From contig CAUYUJ010000281.1 of assembly GCA_963575745.1 (NCBI GenBank), positions 62,001 through 126,000 on the forward strand: a DNA stretch of 64,000 nucleotides, written 5' to 3'. Below the pieces are notes generated by a model. That model did no database searches and was not told the origin of the DNA. It saw nothing but the letters and a program-made list of their open reading frames with translations. Below, piece after piece: positions 51,590 to 64,000 of the stretch. The translations under genes were made by a program, and so were the position numbers. Position 1 is the first letter of the stretch, and the number at the start of each line of letters is the position of its first letter. Origin of the DNA: Prorocentrum cordatum (lineage: Eukaryota).

Positions 51590-53801
51590 TCCCAGGCCTT
51601 GGGGCGCGAAGCGCTGCACGCTGCGGCCTCCTCCGTGCGCCCGACCAGCGATAGCACTCGCCGCGGAGGGTGCCGGGCTGGCTCGGCGGCAGGGCTTGCC
51701 GCAGGCAGCTGGATAACAGGCACAGCTGGAGGCCTGGAGATGGGCACCAACGCCAACACAGGTGGTTGGAGGCCTGGATAAAAGGCACAGTTGGAGGCCT
51801 GGAAATGGGCGCCAACATCAACACAGGGGGCTGCCTCCACGGGGGGAAGGTTGTCTAGATCTCGGTGCTGATGGTAATAGTTCGGTCACGAGGCCAGAAT
51901 ATCACCACCATCACCGAGATCGGGATCCCCTTCCCTCGGTGGAGGAGCACCGCCGATATTGGTGTTGGTGTCAACCTCTAGGCCTGCGACACAGGTGTGA
52001 CACCGTAACCTACGACAACATTGAAACATTACATGCTGCACCCACGGCTTGCGCAGCGATCGTCGGTGGACGATCTCACATAAGAGATACAATAACACAT
52101 GATGTTCTACGGCGGTGTGGCTTGCGTCACGAAAGAAGTGCGGAGCTTGCTCCGCCAAGTCTACGACGGGCAAGAGCAGCACTACAAACTGCAGGTAAAA
52201 AGCAGCGAAGGGGGAAGGTCGATGGGATGATGATAAGACAGGGAGGGCGGCATTTGAGGACGAGGAACTCTCACTGCTCCTCGAAGCTGGGCCAGATCAG
52301 GACGGCAGTGATGTCCTGCAAAGTGACAGGGGGGGAAATGGGGGGATGAAGGCGTAGGGGGCGGGGTGAGCAAGAAAGAGGGCGGGAAGCGGAGGAGAGA
52401 GATGCCTATGGGGGAACGGGGAGGGAAGGGAGAAAGGAGACCGAGAAAGACCCGATAATGTTAAGGCGGGCATGTTCCTCTATAGGAGGAAAACTCAAAA
52501 ATAGTTTTGAAAATAATCCAGGGACGATTGTTCGACTATTCTAAAAGATGATTGTTGAATCTGTTTTCACTTTGGGGAATTCTTCCACGTAGTTCCGCCT
52601 GTAGGAGTACACGCCCGACCTAACGATAACGGCACCCATGCACATGCACCGTACCGTGTTTGGGCTCCCTTCCGGCGCCGCTCCAGCGCGCTCCCAGGGA
52701 CCGAGAGACCGTGCACCGTACCTCTCCCGGGCCGAGGATCGACGACGCTTCGGGAGACGCCAACGCGGTGCGGTGCACACAGGTCGTCCGCGGAAAAGAC
52801 ACTTCAGCAACATGCCATCAGGAATGGCAATCTATGGTGGCCAGACTTTGGCTTTCGACGGGGCAGGAATAGAAGAAGAGAAAACGCCGTAAACAGGAAC
52901 TGTTGGCGCTCCGCGTGGAGTTCTTGGATCCGCGTTGGGGCACCCCTGGCAGCGCCTCCGGCGCCGCCCCTGGCGCGCTCCGCGCGCCTGGGAAAGGGGG
53001 TCTTGGGGAGACCAAGAAATACCGATACTGCTACTTCCCGGACCTCTCCCCGGGTGGGTTCTGACCAGGATTTCGATGCGAATCCAGCGGTGGCGACGAG
53101 GGCCGCCCAGGAGGCACAAAGGGGAAAACGAGGAAGGGTAGAGGTATGGGTACTTTTTCCTCCTCTGGGGTCTGGCGCAGATCCAAGACATCCGCGCGGA
53201 GCGCACAAAGTTTATGTTTATGGCGTTGTTTCTTCTTCCAAGGTGAGGGTCAACGATAGTGGGGGACTGGCATAGGGGGGGATGCATCCGCAGGCGCGAG
53301 ATGCAAGTGGGGGGAGCCCAGAGCACCCTGAACGCAGCAACTCCTTCAACGGCCACGGGAAGCCACCGCGCAGCGCGCGGAGCGAAAAGAGACCCAGGGT
53401 ACCCTGACGAAAAGCAGTCAATTTCTTGCTCCGCGCACCCACTGTACCCGATAGGTCGGACGGTCGACTCATCGACTGCGAGTTGAATCGACTAAGCTGG
53501 CAGGTTCATCGAAGAAGCCACAGGTTGACAGAGCAGGGAAGCGAGATAAAGTAAACAACACACATATCAGAGTGAGGGGGCTGAACGGTCATTCACTGTC
53601 CTTGGGTGCGTGGCTGCAATGGGTTTCCGAGGTGAGGATTGTTGTTGTTGTTGTTGGATTCCCGTTTCTAGAGAACTTGCTGATTCCCCCCCTCCGGTAA
53701 TCAACCATTGCATTTGTCAATGAAAGTGCCCGCCTCGGGGCTCGCACCCTCTTTTTAATCAGGGAAGGCTTGGTGTAACTTAACTGTGCTACTGGGCCCC
53801 G

Positions 53802-53827
53802 AACAACAGCACCACCACCACCACCAA

Positions 53828-53874
<47 letters not shown>

Positions 53875-53882
53875 ACAACAGC

Positions 53883-53913
<31 letters not shown>

Positions 53914-54070
53914 CCAACACCAACACCAACACCAACACCAACACCAACACCAACACCAACACCAACACCAACACCAACACCAACACCAACAACAACAACA
54001 CCACCAACAACAACAACAACACAACCACCACCACTAACAACAACAGCAGCAGCAACAACGAAAACAACAA
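53802..54070. repeat. (CAA)n/(CAACAG)n/(CAACAC)n microsatellite
   Basis: Direct inspection; (TAGTCT)n+(GTC)n also at 51477-51588. Confidence 0.95.
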
Positions 54071-54449
54071 TCAGTTTGAGACGGTTCGCTCTCATCTGCT
54101 CGCGTGCAATTCATCACGTATATCCCACACCCTCGATACCCGCCCTCTTCGTCTTCTTCGATCATATCCCCTTAGGGGTATATCTAGCCACTAAGGCACG
54201 GAAAGACAGGACGGATGGAAGGAAGGGGCAAGGGGGAGTGACGAGGATGGAGCACGAGAGAGAGTAGCAGGAGGGTGGCGAGGAGCAGAAAACACCTTGC
54301 AGAATCAGACGGGCAAATCCGGCGGGTAGACCCTAACGGGCGGGTCGGGAAGGCGGAACCAGGCGGTCAGGTCGAGCAGGCGGGTTGCTCAAGCGTGCGT
54401 CCTGCATGAATCGCGAGGAAGTCTCGAGCGATAGCGCGATTCCCACAGG

Positions 54450-54845
54450 GGGCCACGAAGGGCATACGTATATGGGGCCGCCGAGGGCAAGGACGGGGAC
54501 ACTGAGGGAGGGCAGAAACGGGGCCACGAAGGGCAGCGAGGTGGCCGCGAAGGGCGACAGCGGGGCCACGAGGGAGATGCATATGGGGCCACGACGGGCG
54601 CGAGCGAGCGGGGGCCACGAAAAGCATACGTGTAGAGGGCCACAAAGGGCGACATCGGGGCCACTGAGGGCAGTAAAGGGGCCACGAAGGGCAGCGAGAG
54701 GGCCACGAAGGGCGACAGCGGGGCCACGAAGGGCATGCACATGGGGCGCGTGCGAGCGGGGGCCACGAAGGGCATAATGATGCGGGGCCGCGCGGGGCAG
54801 CGACGGGGCCACTGAGGGCGGCAACGGGGCCACGAAGGGCAGCGA
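54450..54845. repeat. Degenerate tandem repeat of the ggggccacgaagggc motif
   Basis: Motif recurs more than 10 times and matches part of the 77-bp satellite unit. Confidence 0.75.
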
Positions 54846-55429
54846 GCGAAGGCGGCCGCGGAGCCAGCAGGGCAGCGAGGGGCAGCGATCGGCGGCTGCG
54901 GTCCCGAACGGGCTGGCCAGGCGGGCAGGCCACGACGGGCGGGTCGAGCGGGCGGGTCGCTGCAACGGGAGCCCTTCCTGGGTCGCCGGGGCGCATGCAC
55001 AGCGGGAGCGCGACGCCCCAGAAAAAAATCGCGAGGGGGTCCACAGCGAGAGCGCGAGTACGGAATGTCGAAGAGCGGCCTCGGAGCAAATTGTGGAGGC
55101 ATCTCCGGCGAGAGCGCGACTCCTGGATGTCGAGGAGCGGCCTCTGAATAAAGTGCGAAGACATCTCAGGCGAGGGCGCGACTCCGGAATACATCGGAAA
55201 ATAGGTCTCGAGCGAAACCCTGATGTCTGACTAACTTGCGAGGAAGTATCAGGCGGGAGCCGTTGTTGTTGCAACTCGGGGGCCAAGGGCGCAGCTTGAT
55301 TTCCCCCCCAAAAAAAGGGTGCGCGCCCCACGGGGGGCACTTCAATGGAAACAAATACAATGTGTACCGGGCAGGGGGATCAACTAAACTCTTTCGTCAT
55401 AAATGAAAGCTCGGCAACAAGACCACCCA

Positions 55430-55464
<35 letters not shown>

Positions 55465-55747
55465 ACAACAGCAACACCAGCAACAACAACAACAACAACA
55501 AGAACGAGGCGCAGTTGACCGGCCCGTCCAGTGGGGAGCTCCACAGCGCCTCCTCCCCTAGGGACAAGGCCGACTTGACCGGCCCGGGGGCAACCGCGGG
55601 ACCCCAGCAACCCCAGCAACCCCAGCAACCCCAGCAACCCCCAGCAACCCCGAAAGCTTACCTCCACAGACCAAGCTCTCAACGCTACGTCCTCCATGCG
55701 GATTCTGACAGCACGACGCGTGTGCGCACCGGTGCAGCGAGCTCTTG

Positions 55748-57272
55748 AGGAATCCTATAGGATCCTCGAGAAATCCTTCAGGATCCTATAGGAAATCCTA
55801 TAGGATCCCTTAGGAATACTATAGGATTCCTTAGGAATCCTATAGGAATCCTATAGGATCCCTTTGGAATCCTATGGGATTCCTTAGGAATCCTATAGGA
55901 ATCCTATAGGATCCCTTAGGAATCCTGTGGGATTCCTTAGGAATCCTATGGGATTCCTTAGGAATCCTATAGGAATCCTATAGGATCCCTTAGGAATCCT
56001 ATGGGATCCCTTAGGAATCCTAGAGGATCCCTTAGGAATCCTATAGGATTCCTTAGGAACCCTGTGGGATCCCTTAGGAATCCTATGGAATCCCTGAGGA
56101 ATCCTATAGGATCCCTTAGGAATCCTATAGGATTCCTTAGGAACCCTGTGGGATCCCTTCGGAATCCTATAGGATCCCTTAGGAATCCCATAGAGGAGCT
56201 CTATGAGCTCTATGAGGAGCTCTGCTAGGATCCTATAAGATCCTATAGGATCTATAGGATCCTGTAGAAATCCTATGAAATCCCATAGGAAATCCTATAG
56301 GATCCTATAGAAATCCTATAGGATCCTATAGGAAATCTATGAAATCCTATAAGATCCTCTAGAAATCCTATAGGACCCTACTCAGAAATCTATTGAATAT
56401 CCTATAGGATCCCCGCAGGATCCCAAATAGGACCCTAATAGGATCCCCATAGGGACCGTATAGGAATCCTATAGGATCCCTTAGGAATCCTATGGGATCC
56501 CTTAGGAATTCTATAGGATCCCTTAGGAATCCTATGGGATCCCTTAGGAATCCTATGGGATCCCTTAGGAATCCTATAGGATCCCTTAGGAATCCTATGG
56601 CATCCCTTAGGAATCCTATAGGATCCCTTAGGAATCCTATGGCATCCCTTAGGAATCCTATAGGATCCCTTAGGAATCCTATGGGATCCCTTAGGAATCC
56701 TATGGGATCCCTTAGGAATCCTATAGGATCCCTTAGGAATCCTATGGGATCCCTTAGGAATCCTATGGGATCCCTTAGGATTCCTATAGGATCCCTTAGG
56801 AATCCTATGGGATCCCTTAGGAATCCTGTGGGATCCCTTAAGAATCCGATGGGATCCCTTAGGAATCCTATGGGATCCCTTAGGAATACTATAGGATTCA
56901 TTAAGAACCCTAGAGGATCCTATGGGATCCCTGAGGAATCCCTTAGGAATCCTATTGGATCCCTTAGGAATCCTATAGGAATCCTATGGGATCCCTTAGG
57001 AATCCTATAGGAATCTTATAGGATCCCTTAGGAATCCTATTGGATCCCTTAGGAATCCTATAGGAATCCTATGGGATCCCTTAGGAATCCTATAGGAATC
57101 TTATAGGATCCCTTAGGAATCCTATGGGATCCCTTAGGAATCCTATCGGATCCCTTAGGAATCCGATGGGATCCCTTAGGAATCCTATAGGATCCCTTAG
57201 GAATCCTATAGGATTCCTTAGGAACCCTGTGGGATCCCTTCGGAATCCTATAGGACCCCTTAGGAATCCCAT
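55748..57272. repeat. 21-bp near-palindromic minisatellite (aggaatcctataggatccctt)n
   Basis: Direct inspection; gives (RNPIGSL)n and (FLRDPIG)n pseudo-ORFs. Confidence 0.95.
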
Positions 57273-57895
57273 AGAGGAGCTCTATGAGCTCTATGAGGAG
57301 CTCTGCTAGGAGCTCTATTAGGAGCTCTGTTAGGAGCTCTACTACGAGCTCTACTACGAGCTCTATTAGGAGCTCTACTACGAGCTCTAATACGAGCTCT
57401 ACCACGAGCTCTAAAACGAGCTCTATTAAGAGCTCTACTACGAGCCCTACTACGAGCTCTACTACGAGATCTACTACGAGCCCTACGAGGAGCTCTACTT
57501 CGAGTTCTACCACGAGCTCTACCACGAGCTCTACTACGAGCTCTACCACGAGCTCTACTACGAGCTCTATTAGGAGCTCCGTTTGGAGCTCTGTTAAGAG
57601 CCCTGTTAGGAGCTCTACCAGGAGCTCGCTTAGGAGCTCTACTACGAGCTCTACTACGAGCTCCATGAGGAGTTAATCTGCGAGCTCTACCAGGAGCTCT
57701 ACTGGTAGCTCGATTAGGAGGTCTACTATGAGCTCTACTACGTGCTCTATTAGGAGCTCTAGTGTGAGCGAGGTCTGCCAAAATCTCTACTGCGAGCTCT
57801 ACTAGGGGCTCTACCACGAGCTCTACTAGGAGCTCTACTACGAGCTCTGTTAGGAGCTCGATTAGGAGCTCCATTAGGGCTACTACTACTACGGT

Positions 57896-57966
<71 letters not shown>

Positions 57967-57967
57967 T

Positions 57968-58045
<78 letters not shown>

Positions 58046-58047
58046 GA
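57273..58047. repeat. 12-bp minisatellite (acgagctctact)n grading into (ACT)n
   Basis: Direct inspection; (ACT)n from ~57880 up to the gap. Confidence 0.93.
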
Positions 58048-58147
58048 NNNNNNNNNNNNNNNNNNNNNNNNNNNNNNNNNNNNNNNNNNNNNNNNNNNNN
58101 NNNNNNNNNNNNNNNNNNNNNNNNNNNNNNNNNNNNNNNNNNNNNNN
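58048..58147. other. Assembly gap (100 N)
   Basis: Run of N. Confidence 1.
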
Positions 58148-59859
58148 CTGAAAAAAGGCGGCGCACGCATGGGAGCAGCGCAACGTGCTTGCGAGGTGAG
58201 CGGGGGCCGACCAATACACCGGAGACCCGTCGCCGCCGGCCTCCGCAGAGGGCCTCTAGAAACCTCCGGAGGCTTCCGGGGGCCCTACGGCTCCCCCGAC
58301 TTCCCCAGAACTGCCGACGACGAAATTTGCAAAAGTGTGCACTTTCTACCTCCAGCTCCACCAACTCTCCCCCTCTTCCTCCTCCTCCTTGTTCTCCTCC
58401 TCCTCCTCCTCCTCCTCCTCCTCCTCCTCCTCCTCCTCCTCCATCTCCTCCTCCCTCCTTCTCCTCCTCCTCCTCCTCCTCCTTTTCGCCGAGGGTGCGC
58501 GCAAGGTTTCGGACCAGGCCCAGCGTGCGGTGGCGAGACAGAGGCACCACGCCTTTCGAGAGCGGGTGCATCGATACGCTGTCCAGGGATGCGGCGTGCT
58601 TCATCATTGCGTGCGGGACCCTGCTGCCCAGGTCAGCGAGCTTCGAGGGGATGGAGCTACCACGTGTGATGCGGCGTCGGGGAGGCCCATGCCCAGGCTG
58701 GGAGCTCCCTGTGGTCTCCTTGAGGCCTCGGCGACCAGCAGGCGCTCGAGGCTCTTGCTCGGGCTCGTGACCTGGCCTCGGCGGGCCCGCTGGAGCCGCT
58801 CACGCCGGACCAGCTGGAGGCGGCCCTGCGGTGCACTCCACCGCGCAGGGCTCGAGGCGGCGAGGCCGTCGGGCAGAGGGGCTTGTGGTGGCTGCCTGAG
58901 CTGGGCCGTGCTGCCCTGCTGGGTCTGGGTCGTTCTCTTGGGCCTAAGGTTGCGTGGCCATGGCAGCGGCTCACAGCAATCGTCGCTCTGCCTCGCACTT
59001 AGTGGGCCCTGGAAACGACAGGGCCGTTTTGTTTACCGGTTCCGTTTTGCCGTTTTGTTGCCGGTTCCGACGCCGTTTTTTTTACCGGTTCCGTCGCCGA
59101 TTTTTGACCGGTTCCAGCTCCAGCTCCAATCCTGGAACCGTTTTTTTGCCGTTTCCGGTCGCCGTTTTTTTGTCGCTCCCATTTTCAAAGGGCATTTTTT
59201 TCCGGAGACGGTACAAAAAAAGGCCCTGCCGTTTCCGGGGCCCGCAAGAGGCCTCGCAGGCCTGATGTGCGTAAGGACCGCGCCACGGGATTGCTCGGGG
59301 ATGGACAGACCTCCCTTTAGTAAAACGTGGTTTAGTGAAAACGACCTGAGGCCCAAACCTGGCGAGCGCAGGCCTGGAAAATAACGGCCACGGCGCCCTC
59401 TCGAGAACCGAAAACGGACAATTCACTAATCGACGTGTCACTGTTGGGGGTTCTGTCCGCCCCCGAATTGCGCACCTGGTTGGGTCGCCCGCGGAGCCGC
59501 GTGCGGCCTCGGCCTGCGGAGGCGTGGGCCTCGGCTCGCGCGGGTCTCTGGGGCGCCGCGGCTCGAGGCAACGGCGCCCTGCGGGGGGGGCCTGCTCGGG
59601 TGCTGTGCCGATGGAGCTGCTCCGTCGCCGGTGTTGCCCGGGTCGTGTTTCGCTTCCGTTCTGTGGGGCGCCGAAGCGTTCTACGGCCCCATTCGGTGGG
59701 AGCGTGCTGTGGCTCATGCCACTGATTTAGATCTCCCGCCGCACCCCTTGGCTCTCGGAGGGATGTCCCACGTGGGGCCCAGGGTGTTGCGGGAGGAAGG
59801 GTGCCGCGCCTCCCCCATCGTTGCTCACGGGGGGCTCGTTGCGGGCGCGCGCAGGGTCT

Positions 59860-60190
59860 CACATGACTCGAACCGCCAGGTGTTTGAGATATGCGAGCGC
59901 GCGTGCGCCATCAGTGCACTTGCTTCTCTTGGCACGTGGATCGATGATGCCACCCAGCATGCGGAGGGATTGAAGCGAGATGCAATTCGTGGTTTCAGCC
60001 ACGCCGGTGCTGCTTTTGCTTCGAAGTGTGCTCGCGAGCAGCTTGAGACGGCCAGTGAGTTAACCATCGTGGCGTCTGGGCTGCCCGTGGCGCGAGCGAT
60101 CGAAACACATCGAGGGCTCGAGGGCATCCAGGTCGACGTGGCCTCAGTTGCTGCTAGCGCCAAGCCCAGCCGTTCTAAAACGTTTCGGCC
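59860..60190 (+). pseudogene. Reverse transcriptase fragment
   Basis: LGTWIDDATQ (YxDD-like) in a non-repetitive open stretch, cut off by MITE A copy 4. Confidence 0.5.
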
Positions 60191-60220
60191 AGGCGCGGCG
60201 TCGTGCGCATCGGAATGGTG

Positions 60221-60396
60221 CAGTCGGGACGTTGACCTAAGGAACCCTGAATAAGGAACGAGGCCCCTTTTTCCCATCAGTGAAGGTTCGACTTCCCATC
60301 GAAAGCCTGAGGAAAACCTAGGGCAAGCTGTGAAACAATCAAGGAACAGCGAGCCCCTCCCCAACGAAAAGGGTTCCTTTTTCAGCGCCCCGACTG
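60221..60396. mobile_element. MITE family A copy 4
   Basis: CAGTCGGGACG...CGCCCCGACTG-TA with the same internal sequence. Confidence 0.82.
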
Positions 60397-61412
60397 TAAG
60401 CTGAACGCTGCCGCTCCTCGCAAGGTCGGGGCGCGGTTCATCCTCACTGGGGCCGCGAGCCCCGCAGGCCCGGAAGGTCTTTTTGGGGGTCGCGTCTTCG
60501 GCCCTTCGGAGGTGGCGATGAGCGTTGGCCAGCACATGAACACGTGCCACTAAAGGGTAAACTAACCTACCTCGCTTTTGACAACCCTCGCTTCCACGAG
60601 ATACCAAGCGATGCCAAACTACGGCCCGTACTGGTCAGGCCGCTTGACGAGGAGGCGCGTGGTATGACTTGGTTTTGCCTGGAAGCGAAAGCGGGGTAGA
60701 TCATTCACGCTCTGAGCCCCAGCAGGGCGGTGTTTGACTGCAGCGGAGGCCCGACCACCAGAACCCTTCCACAAGAGACCCAAGCCTGAGAACCCAGGGC
60801 GTCCATTGATGTTTGGTGTGGGAGCGTCGCGCTTTCCTAGCAAAACCATCGAAACCCAAGAAACCCAAGGGTACCCTGGAGGCAAGCAGGGTGTTCTTGG
60901 CACGGGTCTCCACTGTACCCTGCTGGCCCTGGAAGTTCGGACGAAAGACCCAGCTCTTACCATGGCCTTTCAACTGCTGCACTCGTGATTTCATCTATGG
61001 TCGCGGCGCTGCCAGAACACAAATCATTACAGCACGCATGCGCGTCTCTTGGCGTGCGACGGTTGAGAGAATCGGCAGCCCTGGTCCCAGGAGTCGGGTG
61101 TTGCTAGAAATGCCCCTGGCCCAAGGTGCCCCCAGCTTTTCGCTCCATTCTGGGGGCCCTGGGGCCCTCTGGGCCTCGTGAGGGGTGCTCTGGAGGCCGT
61201 CTGGGCCACCCCGAGAATCCTGGGGGCACCTTGGGCCAGGGGTACTTCTAGCAACACCCGGAGGAGGTGGCATGCTGTTCGAGGCCCTATCTCTGCTGTG
61301 GTGGCCACCACGGCGGCCCTGTGAAGAGAGGCTCGCCTTGGCCGTGGTCGGGGGTGGCCCCCCTGGGGGGTGAGCTGCTCGCCGTCCCCGGTGGGCCCCG
61401 GCCCCGGGCCTA

Positions 61413-61587
61413 CAGTCGGGGCGTTGACCTAAGGAACCCCAAGTAAGGAACGAGGCCCCTTTTTCCCGCAAGTTAAACTTCGATTTCCCATCGAAACCCT
61501 AAGCCACACCAAAAGCGAACTGCAAAACAACTAAGGAACACCGAGTCCCTCCCCAACGAAAAGGTTCTTTCCTCAGCGCCCCGATTG
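61413..61587. mobile_element. MITE family A copy 5
   Basis: TA-CAGTCGGGGCG...CGCCCCGATTG-TA. Confidence 0.82.
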
Positions 61588-62929
61588 TACATGACGTCGG
61601 ACTTTGAGAAAAGGGCGGGCCGCACAGTGGGGGTCCGTCAAGAGGAAACCTTCCACTGGGAAGCCGACCCCAAGACCCCCGGGCGTCCATCGATTTTTGG
61701 TGTGGGAGCGTCGCGCCTTCCCTCGCAAAAAGATCGACACCCAAGAGACCCAGGGCCCCCTGGAGGCGAGCAGGGTGTTTCTCGGTATGGGCCCCCACTG
61801 TATGACGTCGGACTCTAAGAAAGAGGTGGACCGTACATTGAAGAATCGAGTGTGGCCCTCTGCTGTCGCTTTCCATCATGGACGACCTCACCGTCGCTTG
61901 GAAGCACCTTGCGTCGTCGCGGGAGAAGTCTTTGGAAGCCCGAAATGGGCACGGAAAGAATGGGCACAATGCCCAACAACAAGTGTTGTCCCAAATTAAT
62001 TGTGGCCACTGTTGGGCAGGCGACCTTCTGTCTCGAATGGACACAGGCCGCGGCGACACCGACGGCGCGTCCTGTTTAAGACGAACAGGAACTGCTGCTG
62101 GGCATTGTACCCCTTCTTTCCGCAATTGCCCATTTCGTCCGTGCGGAAAGTCCGTCACGAGATGGGGCCTGCTCCGTGCGGTGCTCACGGGCACTGTGTG
62201 GACTCGCTCCAGAATCTCTTCTTCTTTTTTTGCCTTGTCGCTAATTCGTCTCCGCTCCAATGCGTCACTAGCCACGGGGCCTCAACCGCCACCCCCACAG
62301 CTCCGGAACCGGGTACTGCGAGGGCTTTGGTTTTGGTCGCACAGTGTCGACTCGCTCCAGGATCTCTTGGCGTGCGGGGGCGAAGGCGGTGCAAGTCGCC
62401 CTCGCCGGCCGGAGGCGCACAGCCATGGACTCTGGGGGGGCCCCGCATTGCTCGTCGAGGCAGCGCAGGAAGAGTCCCCGCTGCAGGCGCCGCTGCCACG
62501 AGCGCGGGGCAGAGCTGGGGTGCTCGTCGCCTCCGCCCTCGGAGGATGAGGAAGACGAGGAAGAGGAGGAGGAGGAGGAGGAGGAGGAGGAGGAGCGAGG
62601 AGGTGGGAGGAGGAGGAGGAAGGGGGAGGAGGAGGAGGGGGAGGAGGAGAGGAGGGTGAGGAGGGGAGGGGAGGAGGGAGGAGGAGGAGGAGGAGGAGGG
62701 AGGAGGAGGAGGAGGAGGAGGAGGAGGAGGAGCGCTACTGGGGCGCGGCGGCGGGCGCCCCCGCTCGGAGGGCGCAGGGGCCCAGGGGGCCCAGGCTGCC
62801 TCCCCGGAGTCCCCGTGGCTGGCTTCGCGGGCGTGTGCCCCGTTGTCGGGACCGTGTCCCTCCCCCTCCCCGACGACCCGATCCTTGTCGCCGCGGGCGA
62901 GTTTCCTGGTCCTGTGGGGGGGGGTCGCA

Positions 62930-63275
62930 TCTGGGGCGCTGGGGATGCGAGTAGTGGGGAGTTCTTGAGAGATAAGCGTCTGAGGCGGGTGTCATGGGGC
63001 GTCGCGGTTTTTGGCCACAGTTCAAGTGGGGGGAAAGTTTCAGGAAAGCTATCTATGAGCCGTGGTGAGTTGTGGGCTTTGCTGCCTTTCTGGAGCCTTC
63101 GCCTCCTGGAGCGTGCCTGGGTTATGTGACGGACTTCGCTTTTGTTGCTCATGGGTTTGCGCGTGTCCAGGCTGATCTCATGGAGGGTGTTCTGACCCAT
63201 GTGGGCATCTGGAGTCGCGTCCAGGATTCCCTGGCCGCCCGTGGTGATGTGATTCTTGTGCAAATCCCGTCAGGA
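62930..63275 (+). pseudogene. Retroelement RNase H fragment (frameshifted)
   Basis: AGDASSG..DKRLRRVSWGV..SMSRGELWALL, then YVTDFAFVAHGF..IWSRV..VQIPS in the next frame. Confidence 0.55.
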
Positions 63276-64000
63276 CCCTGCGCCAGCGATGCATGACGGA
63301 TAACACCTCCAACTTCCCATCAGCGCGTGTGCGTGTGCGTGTGCGTGTGCGTGCGTGTGTGTGTGCTTGTGTTTGTGTGTGCGTCCCCATCTTCTCACGG
63401 TGCGCAACCCAAGTTGGCCAGCCTCCATGTTGCACCTGTTTCTCGCTGCTTGCATAACGCTGGCAGCCGCGTCGCCGGTGAACAGACATTCCTCCTCTTT
63501 CTCATCCTCTTCCTCCTCCTCTTCTCCACTTTCTCTTCCTTTGCTTCTCCTTCTCCTCCGCCTCCTCCTCCTCCTTCTCCTGCTCGTCCTTCTCCTTCTG
63601 CCCCAGGGGCCGACAAAACACGGCCGGAGCCGACCGACGGTTGGACCACCACCGCCTGTGGGGAACCCGTCAGGTACCGATACCGCTACTCCCCAGGCCT
63701 CTCCTCCCCGTCGCTCGGACGTCCATTCCCTGTGTTTGTGTTCGGTTTCGTGCGTGGTTTCTTCGCCGAAGGATCAAGGATGCTCCTCGATGGTCCTCGC
63801 CGAAGGGAAACATGCACGCGTCCGAGCGATGCCAAGTCAACCGGGGGGGGGGGCGATCTGCCGAGGATTTCGGGGCGAATCCAGCGGTGGCGGCGAGGGC
63901 CTCCCAGGACCCAAGGGCACCCCTGAAAAAGTCGTTTGTCCTTACTGTGCGCGTGGACTGCACTCCCCAGGCCTCTCCCGGGGGGGCGTCCTGCCCAGGA

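Noticed and set aside
55748..57880. CRISPR-like palindromic repeats / (FLRDPIG)n protein
   Set aside because: Head-to-tail units without spacers; the ORFs are a by-product of 21- and 12-bp periodicity.

Overview
Repeat-dominated, GC-rich eukaryotic DNA, inferred to be a dinoflagellate genome (Prorocentrum-like) from the microsatellite load, tiny exons and GC/GA splice donors. Most long ORFs in the track are microsatellite artefacts. Real content: (1) a near full-length ~8.4 kb non-LTR retrotransposon at 22306-30681 (+). It has an intact ORF1 and a disrupted ORF2 ordered RNase H - APE endonuclease - RT - C2H2 zinc fingers - C-terminal cytosine-C5 DNA methyltransferase-like domain, and it sits in a (GAG)n microsatellite with a candidate target-site duplication. 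(2) A minus-strand host gene missed by the ORF track, rebuilt by eye from nine 25-62 nt micro-exons over ~35 kb (40150 to 4853), encoding part of a Cys-rich membrane protein; both LINEs lie in its introns. (3) A second, degenerate LINE (~15820-19547, -) and RT/RNase H debris. (4) Several MITE-like families, two foldback hairpins, a 77-bp satellite bounded by short inverted repeats, a 21-bp near-palindromic minisatellite, many microsatellites and a 100-N gap. All coordinates and domain calls were made by eye, without database searches.
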